DNA of 64,000 bases from an uncultured bacterium (GCA_963827235.1 CAWHAE010000012.1:992001-1056000), one strand, 5' to 3'; positions 47,266-57,162 are shown, numbered from the stretch's first letter. Notes: a model not told the origin generated them from the sequence alone. A program made the numbers and translations.

Positions 47266-48732
47266 CTAAAACGCGAACTCGTCGACATGGATCAGGGCTT
47301 TGGGCACGCCCAGCCTGAGCAGGGCACGCTTGAGAGACCGAATCATGCCGGTCGGGCCACAGAGGTAGACGTCGCGCGTCGCGATATCGGGTACCAGGCT
47401 GCGCAGATGCTCGCGGGACAGCAGATGGGCATTACCCGGGATGCGACGGTCGCCCAGAACGTACCGGATTCGCGCGCCGCGCTCGCGGGCAAGGCTCTCC
47501 AGCTCGTCCCGAAACACGATCTCTCCGGCGTGGCTGGCGCGGTAGATGAGCACCACGTCGCCCTGCATATCTTCCAACAGCGCGCGGATGGGCGTGATCC
47601 CCACACCGCCGGCGATCAGGGCCACGCGACCCTGCGTCCGCGCTTCCTTCGTGAAGGAGCCAAACGGGCCTTCTGCCATCACGAACGTGCCGGGCTTCAC
47701 GCGGACCATGTCCCTGCTGAAGTCGCCAAGGGCCTTGATTGTAATGCGGAACGACCTGCCGTCTGGGGCGGCCGAAAGCGAGTACGGGTGAGATTCAAGC
47801 CAGCGTTCGCGGTCGAGGAATCGCCAGAGGAACCACTGGCCGGGCCGCGCGTTGAGCCAGTCGAGATGGTGCCCGCTGATGCGCAGCGACACTACGCCGG
47901 GTCCCTCGCGCGTGACCTCGGTCACGCGCATTCGATGCCAGAGGAAGCCAACCAGCGGTTGGAGCACGCGGAACAGTACTACGAGCTGGAGGGTGGCTAC
48001 GTAGAGCGCGGTCCAGAAGGCCGTGGCCAGAGGGTTGCCAAGAAGATCGGCGCCGGTCGGCACCTGGTGAAACCAGGCAAGGAATATGCCCAGGTAGGCC
48101 ATGAGATGAACAAGGAACCATGTTTCGTACCGCATCCGCCGACGGACGATCACAATCGACGTGACCGCCACCAGAACCAGGAGCACCGTGCCGATAAGGG
48201 CCTGCATCATGCCCGGATAGGCGCTCAGGAATGAGCCGGCCTGTGCCACGATGGAGATACGGCTCTGTTGAGCGTAGCCGGCTGTGATGGTGCCAACGTG
48301 TGCAACGATCAGCCCCAGGCTGACCTTGCCGTTCAGCCGATGGCGCTTCATCAACCTGTCGAAGCCCACCGTCCACTCCAGGAAGGGCAGTCGAGCCAGC
48401 AGGAGAATCTGCAGCAGGAGCAGGTAGGAACCGAACAGACCGGTAAAGCGGCCGATGCTGATCAGGAGAGTGGCGGTATCGTGCACGCCGGAAATGCCGC
48501 CGTCCTTGAGCCAGAGCCCGGCGATGATCGCGGCGATGCCATAGAACACCAGCCGCAGACTCCAGGTCACGGTGTCCTTCAGCTCAGCGGTGTCGCGGTG
48601 CTGCGACCGCACCACGGCATTGCCGGGGCGAGACGCCATCCGCGCCACGGGTCGCGTGGGTTCGGCGCGGCGGCTCGCTCCGGCCAGTTGCCGTGATGGG
48701 CGGGCCAGTCCCACGGCAAGGTCGTTTTGCAT
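47266..48732 (-). CDS. Ferric-reductase-like TM domain + FAD/NAD(P)H reductase 2
   Basis: Paralogue of 44886-46271; HPYS, AEGPFG, AGGVGITP, YLCGP. Confidence 0.92.
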   Translation of the reverse strand: MQNDLAVGLARPSRQLAGASRRAEPTRPVARMASRPGNAVVRSQHRDTAELKDTVTWSLRLVFYGIAAIIAGLWLKDGGISGVHDTATLLISIGRFTGLFGSYLLLLQILLLARLPFLEWTVGFDRLMKRHRLNGKVSLGLIVAHVGTITAGYAQQSRISIVAQAGSFLSAYPGMMQALIGTVLLVLVAVTSIVIVRRRMRYETWFLVHLMAYLGIFLAWFHQVPTGADLLGNPLATAFWTALYVATLQLVVLFRVLQPLVGFLWHRMRVTEVTREGPGVVSLRISGHHLDWLNARPGQWFLWRFLDRERWLESHPYSLSAAPDGRSFRITIKALGDFSRDMVRVKPGTFVMAEGPFGSFTKEARTQGRVALIAGGVGITPIRALLEDMQGDVVLIYRASHAGEIVFRDELESLARERGARIRYVLGDRRIPGNAHLLSREHLRSLVPDIATRDVYLCGPTGMIRSLKRALLRLGVPKALIHVDEFAF

Positions 48733-48815
48733 CAGTCTATTTCCCTTCAGTGCAAGCAGCGCGCTCAAGTCCGGCGCAGCAGCGCGCAGTCAAACATCGT
48801 AGTGGTCGTGTCTTG

Positions 48816-48846
48816 AGGATAAAGAACGCGGGTGATGAACTCGTGA
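48816..48846 (-). promoter_or_regulatory. Direct-repeat box promoter
   Basis: Coding strand: TCAC-N7-TCAC-N10-TATCCT. Confidence 0.55.
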
Positions 48847-48937
48847 TGGATTTATGACACGAAGATTACAGGCCAGACTGGCGCTGTTGCCTAGCCCGGC
48901 GGCAATTCATCGTACCCGCCGGCCCACCAAATTCCCA

Positions 48938-48968
48938 TCATAAATCGTTCATCATCGGCTCCTACGAT
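48938..48968 (+). promoter_or_regulatory. Direct-repeat box promoter
   Basis: TCAT-N7-TCAT-N10-TACGAT. Confidence 0.6.
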
Positions 48969-49011
48969 GTGAATCATCACAGAGTTGCTGACGTGAAAGG
49001 AGATTCGTACG

Positions 49012-49953
49012 ATGCGGCAACACAGCTTAAGCCAACTATCCGCCGAGGGCTCGACCGGCGCCGAGCAGGTTTGCCGATCACCTCTGCAGCCCAGAGATCA
49101 GACGGCTAGCCGATGCCCAGGTTGCACGGCTCACGCCGGCGGACCATCGCGATGCGCGCATTCGACTCCCGCGGCGCCCACGGTCAGACGGTCCACCTTC
49201 ATGCGTGCGCTTGGCGCCGCGGCCGGTCTATTCGCCGCGAGCGGCGATTTGGGCTCGATCGCGCGGGCCGCGACGAAGCAAGCACCGGCTGGTTCCAGCG
49301 CGGCCGCTGCCGGGCCGGGCCGGTACCTTGGCAGCGTCAAGTCGCTGGCCGCCAAGCAGGCCGCTATCTACACCGACCCTGCGAGCGGCGATCCGGCCAT
49401 GCTCATCCACCTGGCCAACGGCAAGTACGTGGCCTACGACGCGGTCTGCACGCATGCAGGCTGCACCGTGCAGTTCGATCCTAAGCGCCAGCTGATGGTC
49501 TGCCCGTGTCACGGCGCGACCTACGACCCCGCACAAGGTGCCAAGGTGCTCGGCGGGCCGACCAGCACTCCCCTGGCAGCCCTGGCAGTGCGCGTCGATG
49601 CCGGCCAGAACGTATACGCCCTCGACGCCAAGTCCAACGGCTCGCAGGCAAGCCAGCTCAAGCAGCCGGCGCCCTACACAGGTCAGACGGGCGACGATGG
49701 CGGCTCAAGCACTGGGCGAGGCGCAGGGGATGATGGCGGCACGGGCGGTGGCGGCGACGGCGGCAGCCGCGCACTGCGCACGAGCAGAACCAGGTTGAGC
49801 GCCAGCCAGACCCGGCTCAGTGTGAGCAGCTCGCCGCGCCGCGCAACCACCGGAGCGAGAAGGCCGCGCAACCGCCGGCGGCCCGCCGGCGGCGTGCCAC
49901 GACTCACTGACGACTCGATCGCACTCCGCTCCCTGCAACACGAATCAGTATGA
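49012..49953 (+). CDS. Rieske [2Fe-2S] protein with Tat-like signal
   Basis: AAAGGAG RBS; VRRSTFMRALG twin-arginine-like motif; CTHAGC and CPCHG; low-complexity GDDGG tail (true C-terminus uncertain). Confidence 0.85.
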   Translation: MRQHSLSQLSAEGSTGAEQVCRSPLQPRDQTASRCPGCTAHAGGPSRCAHSTPAAPTVRRSTFMRALGAAAGLFAASGDLGSIARAATKQAPAGSSAAAAGPGRYLGSVKSLAAKQAAIYTDPASGDPAMLIHLANGKYVAYDAVCTHAGCTVQFDPKRQLMVCPCHGATYDPAQGAKVLGGPTSTPLAALAVRVDAGQNVYALDAKSNGSQASQLKQPAPYTGQTGDDGGSSTGRGAGDDGGTGGGGDGGSRALRTSRTRLSASQTRLSVSSSPRRATTGARRPRNRRRPAGGVPRLTDDSIALRSLQHESV

Positions 49954-49979
49954 CCAATTATCCGACGAGGAGAAGGCAG

Positions 49980-50528
49980 ATGAAAAGCTCCCTCAGAACG
50001 GTCAGCGCGGTGCTGGCAGGCGCCATTCTCGTCTCCGGCGCGCTCGTAGGCTATGCCGGGCTGGGCAGCGGCCGGGCTGCCACGATCGCCCGCGCCCCGG
50101 CCTGGGCCGCATACACGGCTGCCACGAAGACCGCCCACTTGACGCTCATATCGTCGTACGGCACGGATACGTACAACTTCAACGGCGGCAAAGCCGGTCA
50201 CTTCACCTTCACCGTTCCGCTGGGGGCCAAGGTGGTCGTGACCTACTCGAACCAGTCGGCCATGATGCTCCACGGCGCCGAGGTAGTGGCATGGACGGGC
50301 GCGCTTCCCACCGCCGTCGTGCCCCCACCGCCGGCGTTCGCCGGGGCGTTTTCGCCAAACTACCGCCACGGCACGCCAAAGGGCGTCACCCAGACCTTCA
50401 CGTTCACGGCCAATAAGGCGGGCAAGTACCTGCTGATCTGCCCAGTGCACAATCACGTGAAGTTCGGGCATTGGGGCTGGTTCGTCGTCTCCAAGACGGC
50501 AACCACGGCGACGGGTGTCCTGAACTGA
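49980..50528 (+). CDS. Sulfocyanin/rusticyanin-like cupredoxin
   Basis: Signal peptide; NFNG, VPLGAKV...N....HG, AGKYLLICPVHNHVKFGHW. Confidence 0.8.
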   Translation: MKSSLRTVSAVLAGAILVSGALVGYAGLGSGRAATIARAPAWAAYTAATKTAHLTLISSYGTDTYNFNGGKAGHFTFTVPLGAKVVVTYSNQSAMMLHGAEVVAWTGALPTAVVPPPPAFAGAFSPNYRHGTPKGVTQTFTFTANKAGKYLLICPVHNHVKFGHWGWFVVSKTATTATGVLN

Positions 50529-50766
50529 GTGGCATGAGCGAACGGCGGACACTGCACTCCCCGCCGCCCGCTCGCCGGAGCACTTGCGGCATTTCCGCAT
50601 ACGATGACAGCCTCGATCTAGTGGCGCAGTCCGGGCTGCTGCCGGCGGCATCGGCATCCCACACTGGGACGCCGATGCCGCCGACGAGCACATCCGCGCC
50701 GGCCGTCCAGCCAGCACCGTAGCGGCACCCAATCAGCGAGGGCTGGGATTGCGGGTCTGAAGCAAC

Positions 50767-52113
50767 ATGCGATTTCGATTGGATTCAGTGCGGTGGTCTC
50801 GGCATGGCGCCGTGGACGCCGACCACCGCATCGTGAGCGCCGTGGCGCGCCGCCTCGCACTCATCACCACGGCATCGCTCGTGGGTCTGGTGGTCGCCAT
50901 CCTGGCCGTGGTATTCGTGACCACCCGATCCGCGATGGAGCGGTCCCTGAGGGACACCCTTCGCTCTCGCGCCGGCGCCGACGTCAGGCTCCTGGTCGAC
51001 TCCGAGCAGCCGGGGAGGGTTGGCAACGATGGCGGCGATGCCGGTGAGGCCCTGCAGAACACGGCCGAGTCCGAACTGACCTCCGGCGGGGTGTTTCTGG
51101 TAGTCGCCAACTCGAAGCTCAGCGTGCAGGGTGGGAGCCTCAGCGTCTTCAAGGGACGGATTCCCGATCCGAGTACGGCGAAGATGGTCCTGGAGGACCG
51201 CGCGCAGACGTTTTCCACCATCGCTCCTCCGCAAAGCGATCGGTATCTCATCTATACAATCCCTCTTCAGGAAGGCACCAGGACCCTGGGCGTCGCCCAG
51301 CTGGGCGTGTCTCTCCGCCAGTACGACGCGAGCGTGAGCACCATCCTGCGCGATGTCTTGATCGCCAGCGCCGCGGGCGTGGCCGCCGCCGTGGTGATCA
51401 CGCTGATTGTCGTGCAGCGCGCAATGCTGCCTATCCGGCGCTCGCTCCGGCGGCAGCGGGACTTCGTGGCCGACGCCGCGCACGAGCTGCGCACGCCGGT
51501 GGCTATCATGCGTACTGCCGCCGAGCTTGGGCTCGAAAGTGATGATATGGCCGAGCTACAGTCGGCCCTGGAACAGGCCCTCGCCGAGAGCGTCCATCTC
51601 GCGCGCCTGGTCGACGACCTGTCCCTGCTTGCCCATGCAGACAGCGGCGTGCTCAGCCTCGAGCGCGAGCAGATGGATCTGGCCTCGATGGTCCGCGATG
51701 CCGTCTCAGGTGTAGAGCTGCTGGCGGCCTCGCGCGAGGTGCATCTGACCACCGAGGCGCCTCAGAGCGTGTCCGTACGCGGCGATCGGGTCCGGCTGCG
51801 CCAGCTCGTCCTCATTCTTCTCGACAACGCGCTGAAGCACACGCCGGATGGCGGCACGATCAGCGTGCGCGTGCGCACCCAGGGCAGCCGTGCGGTCCTA
51901 GAGATCCAGGACTCGGGTCCTGGCATCGATCCCAAGGACCTGCCCCACCTATTCGACCGTTTCTACCGCGGAGCCCGCGAGCGCGGAATCTCCGGGGGCG
52001 GACTGGGACTGGCCATTGGGCGTTGGGTCGCCGAGGCACATGGTGGGCAAATCGCGGCGGCAAATGCCAGCCCCCGGGGTGCCAGGTTCACGGTTGCCCT
52101 GCCGCGCGCATGA
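50767..52113 (+). CDS. Sensor histidine kinase (OmpR-partner type), no adjacent response regulator
   Basis: 2 TM; FVADAAHELRTP, LLDNALKH, DSGPGI, FDRFYR, GLGLAI. Confidence 0.93.
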   Translation: MRFRLDSVRWSRHGAVDADHRIVSAVARRLALITTASLVGLVVAILAVVFVTTRSAMERSLRDTLRSRAGADVRLLVDSEQPGRVGNDGGDAGEALQNTAESELTSGGVFLVVANSKLSVQGGSLSVFKGRIPDPSTAKMVLEDRAQTFSTIAPPQSDRYLIYTIPLQEGTRTLGVAQLGVSLRQYDASVSTILRDVLIASAAGVAAAVVITLIVVQRAMLPIRRSLRRQRDFVADAAHELRTPVAIMRTAAELGLESDDMAELQSALEQALAESVHLARLVDDLSLLAHADSGVLSLEREQMDLASMVRDAVSGVELLAASREVHLTTEAPQSVSVRGDRVRLRQLVLILLDNALKHTPDGGTISVRVRTQGSRAVLEIQDSGPGIDPKDLPHLFDRFYRGARERGISGGGLGLAIGRWVAEAHGGQIAAANASPRGARFTVALPRA

Positions 52114-52271
52114 TTCACCCGACCGCACTCCCGGCATGCTGGAGCTGATACATCCACGGCAGTACTTTTGTGTTCTTTGCGCGCACGCGTGCCGTTGATA
52201 GATTAGGCATGAGCTCGCTAGGCAAGGTTGAGCATCGGCTCATTCGGCGCCCGTCGTGCTGGAGGATTCCG

Positions 52272-52868
52272 GTGGTCATGCTGCCCGATCAGAACAGGAA
52301 GTATGGCGCGTCGATGAGGTTGGTCGCCGCGCTGCCACTCGTCGTCGTACTGGCTGCAGGCATTACGCTCCTGATTCACTTCGCAGCACCCAGCCAGTCG
52401 AGCTCGGGATCGTCCGCGACCTCAGCTGTCTCGACGGTGACGGATAGCCCGTCGGGCCAAGCGCCGGAGGCGAGCGTCACCTACCCGGGTGCCGCGGACA
52501 TCACGATCCACGCGGGCACGGTTGCCAGCATGACCGCTTCGGATCCGCTCAGCGCGGGAATGGCGAGCCAGGTTTCCGCGGCTGCCAAACAGTATGCGTC
52601 GGCGCCGGTGACGAGCATCCGCTTCGGTACCACGGACGATCCATCCACCGTCCTCAGCTGGTACAACGGCTGGCTGGGTGGGCGGGGTTGGTGCGCGCCG
52701 TCGATCGCCAACACGAATCCCGACCTGCACGTCTACGTTCGCGCGCAGCGCGACGCCTACGCCCTGATCATCCTGTCTGTGCCGTCGCTCACCGGCGGCA
52801 GCGACGGATCCAGCGTCATCGCCTCATACCTTCAGCTGCCGGCGGCCGGCGCGTTCCCGGCGTGCTGA
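52272..52868 (+). CDS. Membrane-anchored or secreted hypothetical protein
   Basis: GGAGG 6 nt before GTG 52272; N-terminal TM, Ser-rich linker, YPGA...T.D....V..WY...L...GW. Confidence 0.65.
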   Translation: MVMLPDQNRKYGASMRLVAALPLVVVLAAGITLLIHFAAPSQSSSGSSATSAVSTVTDSPSGQAPEASVTYPGAADITIHAGTVASMTASDPLSAGMASQVSAAAKQYASAPVTSIRFGTTDDPSTVLSWYNGWLGGRGWCAPSIANTNPDLHVYVRAQRDAYALIILSVPSLTGGSDGSSVIASYLQLPAAGAFPAC

Positions 52869-53378
52869 CGTCGTTTTCTGCCTGTCTTGTGTGCCGTGCT
52901 AACGTCATTCTCCACGTCCCATCTGTGCACGCCCTGGATCCAGGAGGGCTATGCCTGGAGAGCGCTCGTGAAGCCGCCGAGCCTTAGGTCAGGCTATCTC
53001 CGTTGGCCCGCGCACCAGTCGCCGTGCTGCGAATGCCGCAGGATTGACTCGACCGGAACTCATGACGACCCGATGAGCCGCCCGCGTTCATTGCAGCGAT
53101 AGATCCATTCACCTTTTCCGCAGGCGCGGGGCTCCGCCCTGAAACCATCGCGGGCGCGGCAGCCGTCCCTTACCATCCTCATATATTGCGGTTGGAGATA
53201 TGCGCCACACCCGGCCGCAGCCGGCCCGTTCCTGCCATCCTGCGGCAGCTGGGGGCCCCGTGCCACCGGTCCCGTTCCCGTTCCCGGGAAGGCAATCCCC
53301 CAACCGCTGCCATCCGGCCTCAGTCGAAGGCCTCGTCCTCGCCGCGACGGGCGGCCAGGCCACCTGCCGGGCGCGCCG

Positions 53379-54464
53379 TCAGATCGCGTAGGCGTTGCCC
53401 TTCGAGTCCACCTTGACGCTCAGCGTGGCGAGCGGCTGTTGCGCGGGACCGTTGATCACAGCGGCGGCGCGGGTTGGATCGTAGGCGGCGCCATGACAGG
53501 GGCAGATGATCTGCTGCTGCGTGGGATCGTACTCCACCGTGCACCCGGCGTGCGTGCAGACGGCATCGTAGGCCACGAACTTGCCGCTGGCAAGGTGAAT
53601 GAGCAACGCCGGATCGCCGGACTGCGGATCGGTGTAGGATGCCGCGCTGTTCACCGCCAGTGACTTGACGCTGCCCAGCAACGTCTGGCCGGCTTGCGCG
53701 CTGCCTGTGCTCGCTGCGCTGGATGCCGAGGTGGCGGGAAGTGCGGCCGACGTGGCGGCAAGTGTGCTGCTGGGACTGAGGAGCTTGGCGATGGCGCCCA
53801 CCAGAGCCCCGCCCACCATGAGCCCGGCAGCGGCACCCAGTCCACGTATGGCGGCCTTCCGTGGCACCAAATCGATGGTCGACGGCGCGGGGATGAGCGA
53901 TCTGCGCCGTCCGCGTTGCTGCATCCGAGCCCGCTCACTCGCCTGCATGCGCGCCGCGTTGAAGAAGTAGTTATCGAGCGTCAGGGCGTCCGGGCCGGCG
54001 AGCGCCAACGTCAGCCAGCCAAAGGCGTACGGCAGGTCGGCGCCCAGGAAGTACGGATGGGTCGACCAGGTGGCCGTGAGGTAGAACGTGAGGCTGGTGG
54101 CAAGCCCGCCGAGAGCGCCGGCGCGGGTGAGCAGGCCGAAGAGCGCAGACAGTCCGACCCACACCTCGCAGAGGGCGATCAGGGCGCCGAATTCCTTGGC
54201 GTGAGGAATGGCGACGGCGGTGATCAGACCAGAGAGCGGCGAGCCCGCGCGTACGAAGCCACCCATCTGGTGCCCGATAAAGCCGGGGGCAGTGGCGCTG
54301 AAGAACTGCGGATCGGTGAGCTTCTGCAGACCGGCGTAGAGAAAGGTGGCGCCAATAAAGAGCCGCAACGGAAGTAACACCGCCGAAGGCAGCCTGCGTG
54401 GATCGCTTCTCACTCCGAGAAGGTCCGGCAACCGCTCGAAGACTTTGTCCGTATCAACCATCAT
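53379..54464 (-). CDS. DoxX/DoxD-like membrane domain fused to Rieske [2Fe-2S] domain
   Basis: LPLRLFIG.TFLYAGLQKL, E..VG...L.GLLTR, AGP...LD; internal PRKAAIRGLG plus TM; CTHAGC / CPCHG. Confidence 0.88.
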   Translation of the reverse strand: MMVDTDKVFERLPDLLGVRSDPRRLPSAVLLPLRLFIGATFLYAGLQKLTDPQFFSATAPGFIGHQMGGFVRAGSPLSGLITAVAIPHAKEFGALIALCEVWVGLSALFGLLTRAGALGGLATSLTFYLTATWSTHPYFLGADLPYAFGWLTLALAGPDALTLDNYFFNAARMQASERARMQQRGRRRSLIPAPSTIDLVPRKAAIRGLGAAAGLMVGGALVGAIAKLLSPSSTLAATSAALPATSASSAASTGSAQAGQTLLGSVKSLAVNSAASYTDPQSGDPALLIHLASGKFVAYDAVCTHAGCTVEYDPTQQQIICPCHGAAYDPTRAAAVINGPAQQPLATLSVKVDSKGNAYAI

Positions 54465-54529
54465 CGTCCGTGCTTTCGTCACTTTCGGCCGCGCGCCAGG
54501 CATCAGCGGCCACCGTCATTCTGGTTCCC

Positions 54530-54560
54530 AGCTTAATCGACGGACATGATGAGGGAATGA
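54530..54560 (-). promoter_or_regulatory. Direct-repeat box promoter
   Basis: Coding strand: TCAT-N7-TCAT-N10-TAAGCT. Confidence 0.6.
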
Positions 54561-54874
54561 TGAAACGCGGTGCCTGCATGCTGTTGGCTGCCGGTTGGTC
54601 GTGGCGGAGACGATGGCGGTGCTGCACCGCGCCTATGTCCCGTCTCAGGGCGTGCCGCTGCCCATGTCGAGCGCACCGGCACGCACAGTCAGGGGTGTGA
54701 CGAGCTGGCCGGCACCTCGCCAAACAGAGGAGGCACGGCCTCCGGCGCCCGTCGCTCCGTGAGCGCGAGGATGCATAGAGATAGAGGGAGTCGCCGCCGT
54801 ACCGTCGACGACAAAGAGGTGCGTAGGGCAGTTGTTGGGCACCGGTGCCGAACAATAGAGATCCGGTCGATCAA

Positions 54875-56269
54875 CTACTGCCGGTCGGTATCAGCCCCCG
54901 CGCCGCGCGTGCAAACCACCACTGTGGTCGTGTCACCTCGACCGGAGTGGCAGCGCGTATGCTGGGCATGGGCCTGCGCCGTGTGCGGCAGCAGAACCGT
55001 CATGCCCAGGAGCAGCGTGCCGAGCGCGGCAATCCTCGCCGAGCGCGCTTTCATGCTTCCGCCTGACGTTCGCAACCAGCGCAGCGCGTCACCAGCCAGC
55101 CGATACACGCCGGCGGACCATGCAGCCGGCCGCAGTGGCGCTGCGCTCCGCACTGCGGCAACTGCCACCCGCGAGCGTGCACTGGCGCGCCGGCATTGTA
55201 ACGCAAGGTCGAGTCCCCTGACCTGGCTCATGGCCAGAAATGCGCGAGCCTCGGGCCCCGAGAACCGGCGGTTCAGGCCGGCAAACCCACCGGCCAGCAC
55301 CCGTCCGCCTCCGATCGCCAATATGCCCAACAAGCTCAGCTTGGTCAACGGATCGAGCGCCCGCACGGTGAGGGCCGCGGCAAGACTCGTGGTCACCGGC
55401 ACGCCGGTGGCGTGTGACAGTAGCACGGCAACCGCACTCTCGCTGACGCCGATACCTTCGGGCACGAAGAATGCCAGCGAGCCCAGCCCCGAAGCCAGGG
55501 CGGCAGAGCCGATCACTGTGCCCAGGCCGACCGCCACGCCCGGGCTCATGCTGGAGAGCGCCACGTAGAGCGCACCCACGCCCATCACCCACGACGCGGC
55601 ACTCCATGGCACGATCGCGAGCAGGTGCCGGGCCGACAGCCTAGGCCCATCGCAATCCCGGCCGGGAACGCTGCCCAGCAACGCACGCGCCAGTCGGCTG
55701 CGCGACGCAGACGCCGAGGTGAGGGCTCTGAGCACGAACAGCATGACCGCCGCCAGGCCGAGCAATACCAGGGACACAGCCAGCGGCCCCTGCCCCCCTA
55801 TCACCGGCAGCGAATGGTCCACGCCCGTGCGGGCCAGGACGGGCAGTCCCAGCGGCGTCCAGACCAGGATGCCGCAAAAACCGAGCGCGTTGGCCATCAA
55901 CGTGAGCAGCGCCGCCCTGCCCGGCGAGACGCCGTGCTTTCGCAGGCTTGCCGCGGATCCGAGCGCGGGTCCAACCGAGTTCAGCACGTAGCCGCCAAGA
56001 CCGGCGCTGAGATAGGCCGCCAGCGCCGCGCGGAACGGCAGCGGATGCCCGAGGCGATGCAGCATCCGCCACCACTCCACGCCGCTCAGAATAGCCGCGG
56101 TGCTGCCCAACGCCACCACGGCGAGCAGGGTGGCGAGCCCTATGTGCGTCAGCGCTGCGAGCATGCTCGCCGCCTGCGTCTGCACGCCGCCGCGCGTCGC
56201 GACGGCCAGGACCGCTGCGGCCAGAACGATCCCCACCGCGAATGGCCACCTGCCCAGCTTGTCGTGCAT
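54875..56269 (-). CDS. Lysylphosphatidylglycerol-synthase TM / flippase-like membrane protein with C-terminal extension
   Basis: Multi-TM; WWRML, PEGIGVSE, ALTVR motifs of the LPG_synthase_TM family. Confidence 0.75.
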   Translation of the reverse strand: MHDKLGRWPFAVGIVLAAAVLAVATRGGVQTQAASMLAALTHIGLATLLAVVALGSTAAILSGVEWWRMLHRLGHPLPFRAALAAYLSAGLGGYVLNSVGPALGSAASLRKHGVSPGRAALLTLMANALGFCGILVWTPLGLPVLARTGVDHSLPVIGGQGPLAVSLVLLGLAAVMLFVLRALTSASASRSRLARALLGSVPGRDCDGPRLSARHLLAIVPWSAASWVMGVGALYVALSSMSPGVAVGLGTVIGSAALASGLGSLAFFVPEGIGVSESAVAVLLSHATGVPVTTSLAAALTVRALDPLTKLSLLGILAIGGGRVLAGGFAGLNRRFSGPEARAFLAMSQVRGLDLALQCRRASARSRVAVAAVRSAAPLRPAAWSAGVYRLAGDALRWLRTSGGSMKARSARIAALGTLLLGMTVLLPHTAQAHAQHTRCHSGRGDTTTVVVCTRGAGADTDRQ

Positions 56270-56341
56270 CTCATCTCCCGGCAGCCCGATCCGCCCGCGG
56301 ATTGGCCCGCGAGGCGGTCACGCGTTCACCCTCACAGGAGC

Positions 56342-56372
56342 ATCGTGCACCGGCATGATGATCGACCGATGA
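56342..56372 (-). promoter_or_regulatory. Direct-repeat box promoter
   Basis: Coding strand: TCAT-N7-TCAT-N10-CACGAT. Confidence 0.5.
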
Positions 56373-56693
56373 TGGGACGAATGATCGTTGCGTGATCGTT
56401 CCCGGATGCCATCTCTCGCCCGACCGGGTTAACCGGGGCTGCACAAGCGTTGTGCACGACCTGAAGACCGTGCCTTGAGGCGGTCGCCTCCGGGAAAGCA
56501 AGGTCGATACGCCGAGACGCACGACCTGCCTGGTAGGCGAACGCCGGCCGGTGGCTCGGTCGGCGCCGGCGCCCTGGCCGGGCGCCAGAGCGAAACCCTG
56601 CCACGCACGGCAAGAGCTCGTCGTACACGGTAAAGTAGATGCAGCCGGAACACCGGCATCGGTAGAAGAGCTCTTCGAGAGGGTGAGCGGTAG

Positions 56694-57162
56694 ATGAATG
56701 TCCCGACGCTTCGCGCCGCCACGTGCCGCGATTGGCCGTGCATAGCGGCGTTGCTGGTGGAGTCGTCCTTGCCGCTCGCCGGTGCCGAAGAACACGCGGG
56801 CGACTTCACCGTGGTGGAAGAGAGCGGCGCGATCACTGCCTGCGCGGCTCTCGAGCGCTACGGCGATTCCGCGCTGCTGCGATTCTGTAGCCGTGGCTCC
56901 GCTCCAACGCGGCCGCGGGCTCGGCGCTCGCCTGGTGCGCGAGATGCTCGATCGAGCGGCGGCCGCCGGTTGCCGCCAGGTGGTATTACTTACCACCACC
57001 GCGGCCGCGTATTTCACACGGTTCGGCTTTCGCGTCATTGAGCGAGGCGATACGCCTGGGCCCGTGCAGGCATCCGTCGAGTTCTCCAGCGCCTGCCCCG
57101 TTTCCGCGGTCGTGATGTCCTGGAATGGGCGAGAGGCATCCGACCCCGGCATCGGAGGCTGA
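56694..57162 (+). CDS. GNAT N-acetyltransferase, ArsN2-like (1-nt frameshift at ~56883)
   Basis: Removing one T gives ALLRSVAV.P..RGRGLG...LLTTTA..YF.RFGF...SVEF..ACP.SA. Confidence 0.8.
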
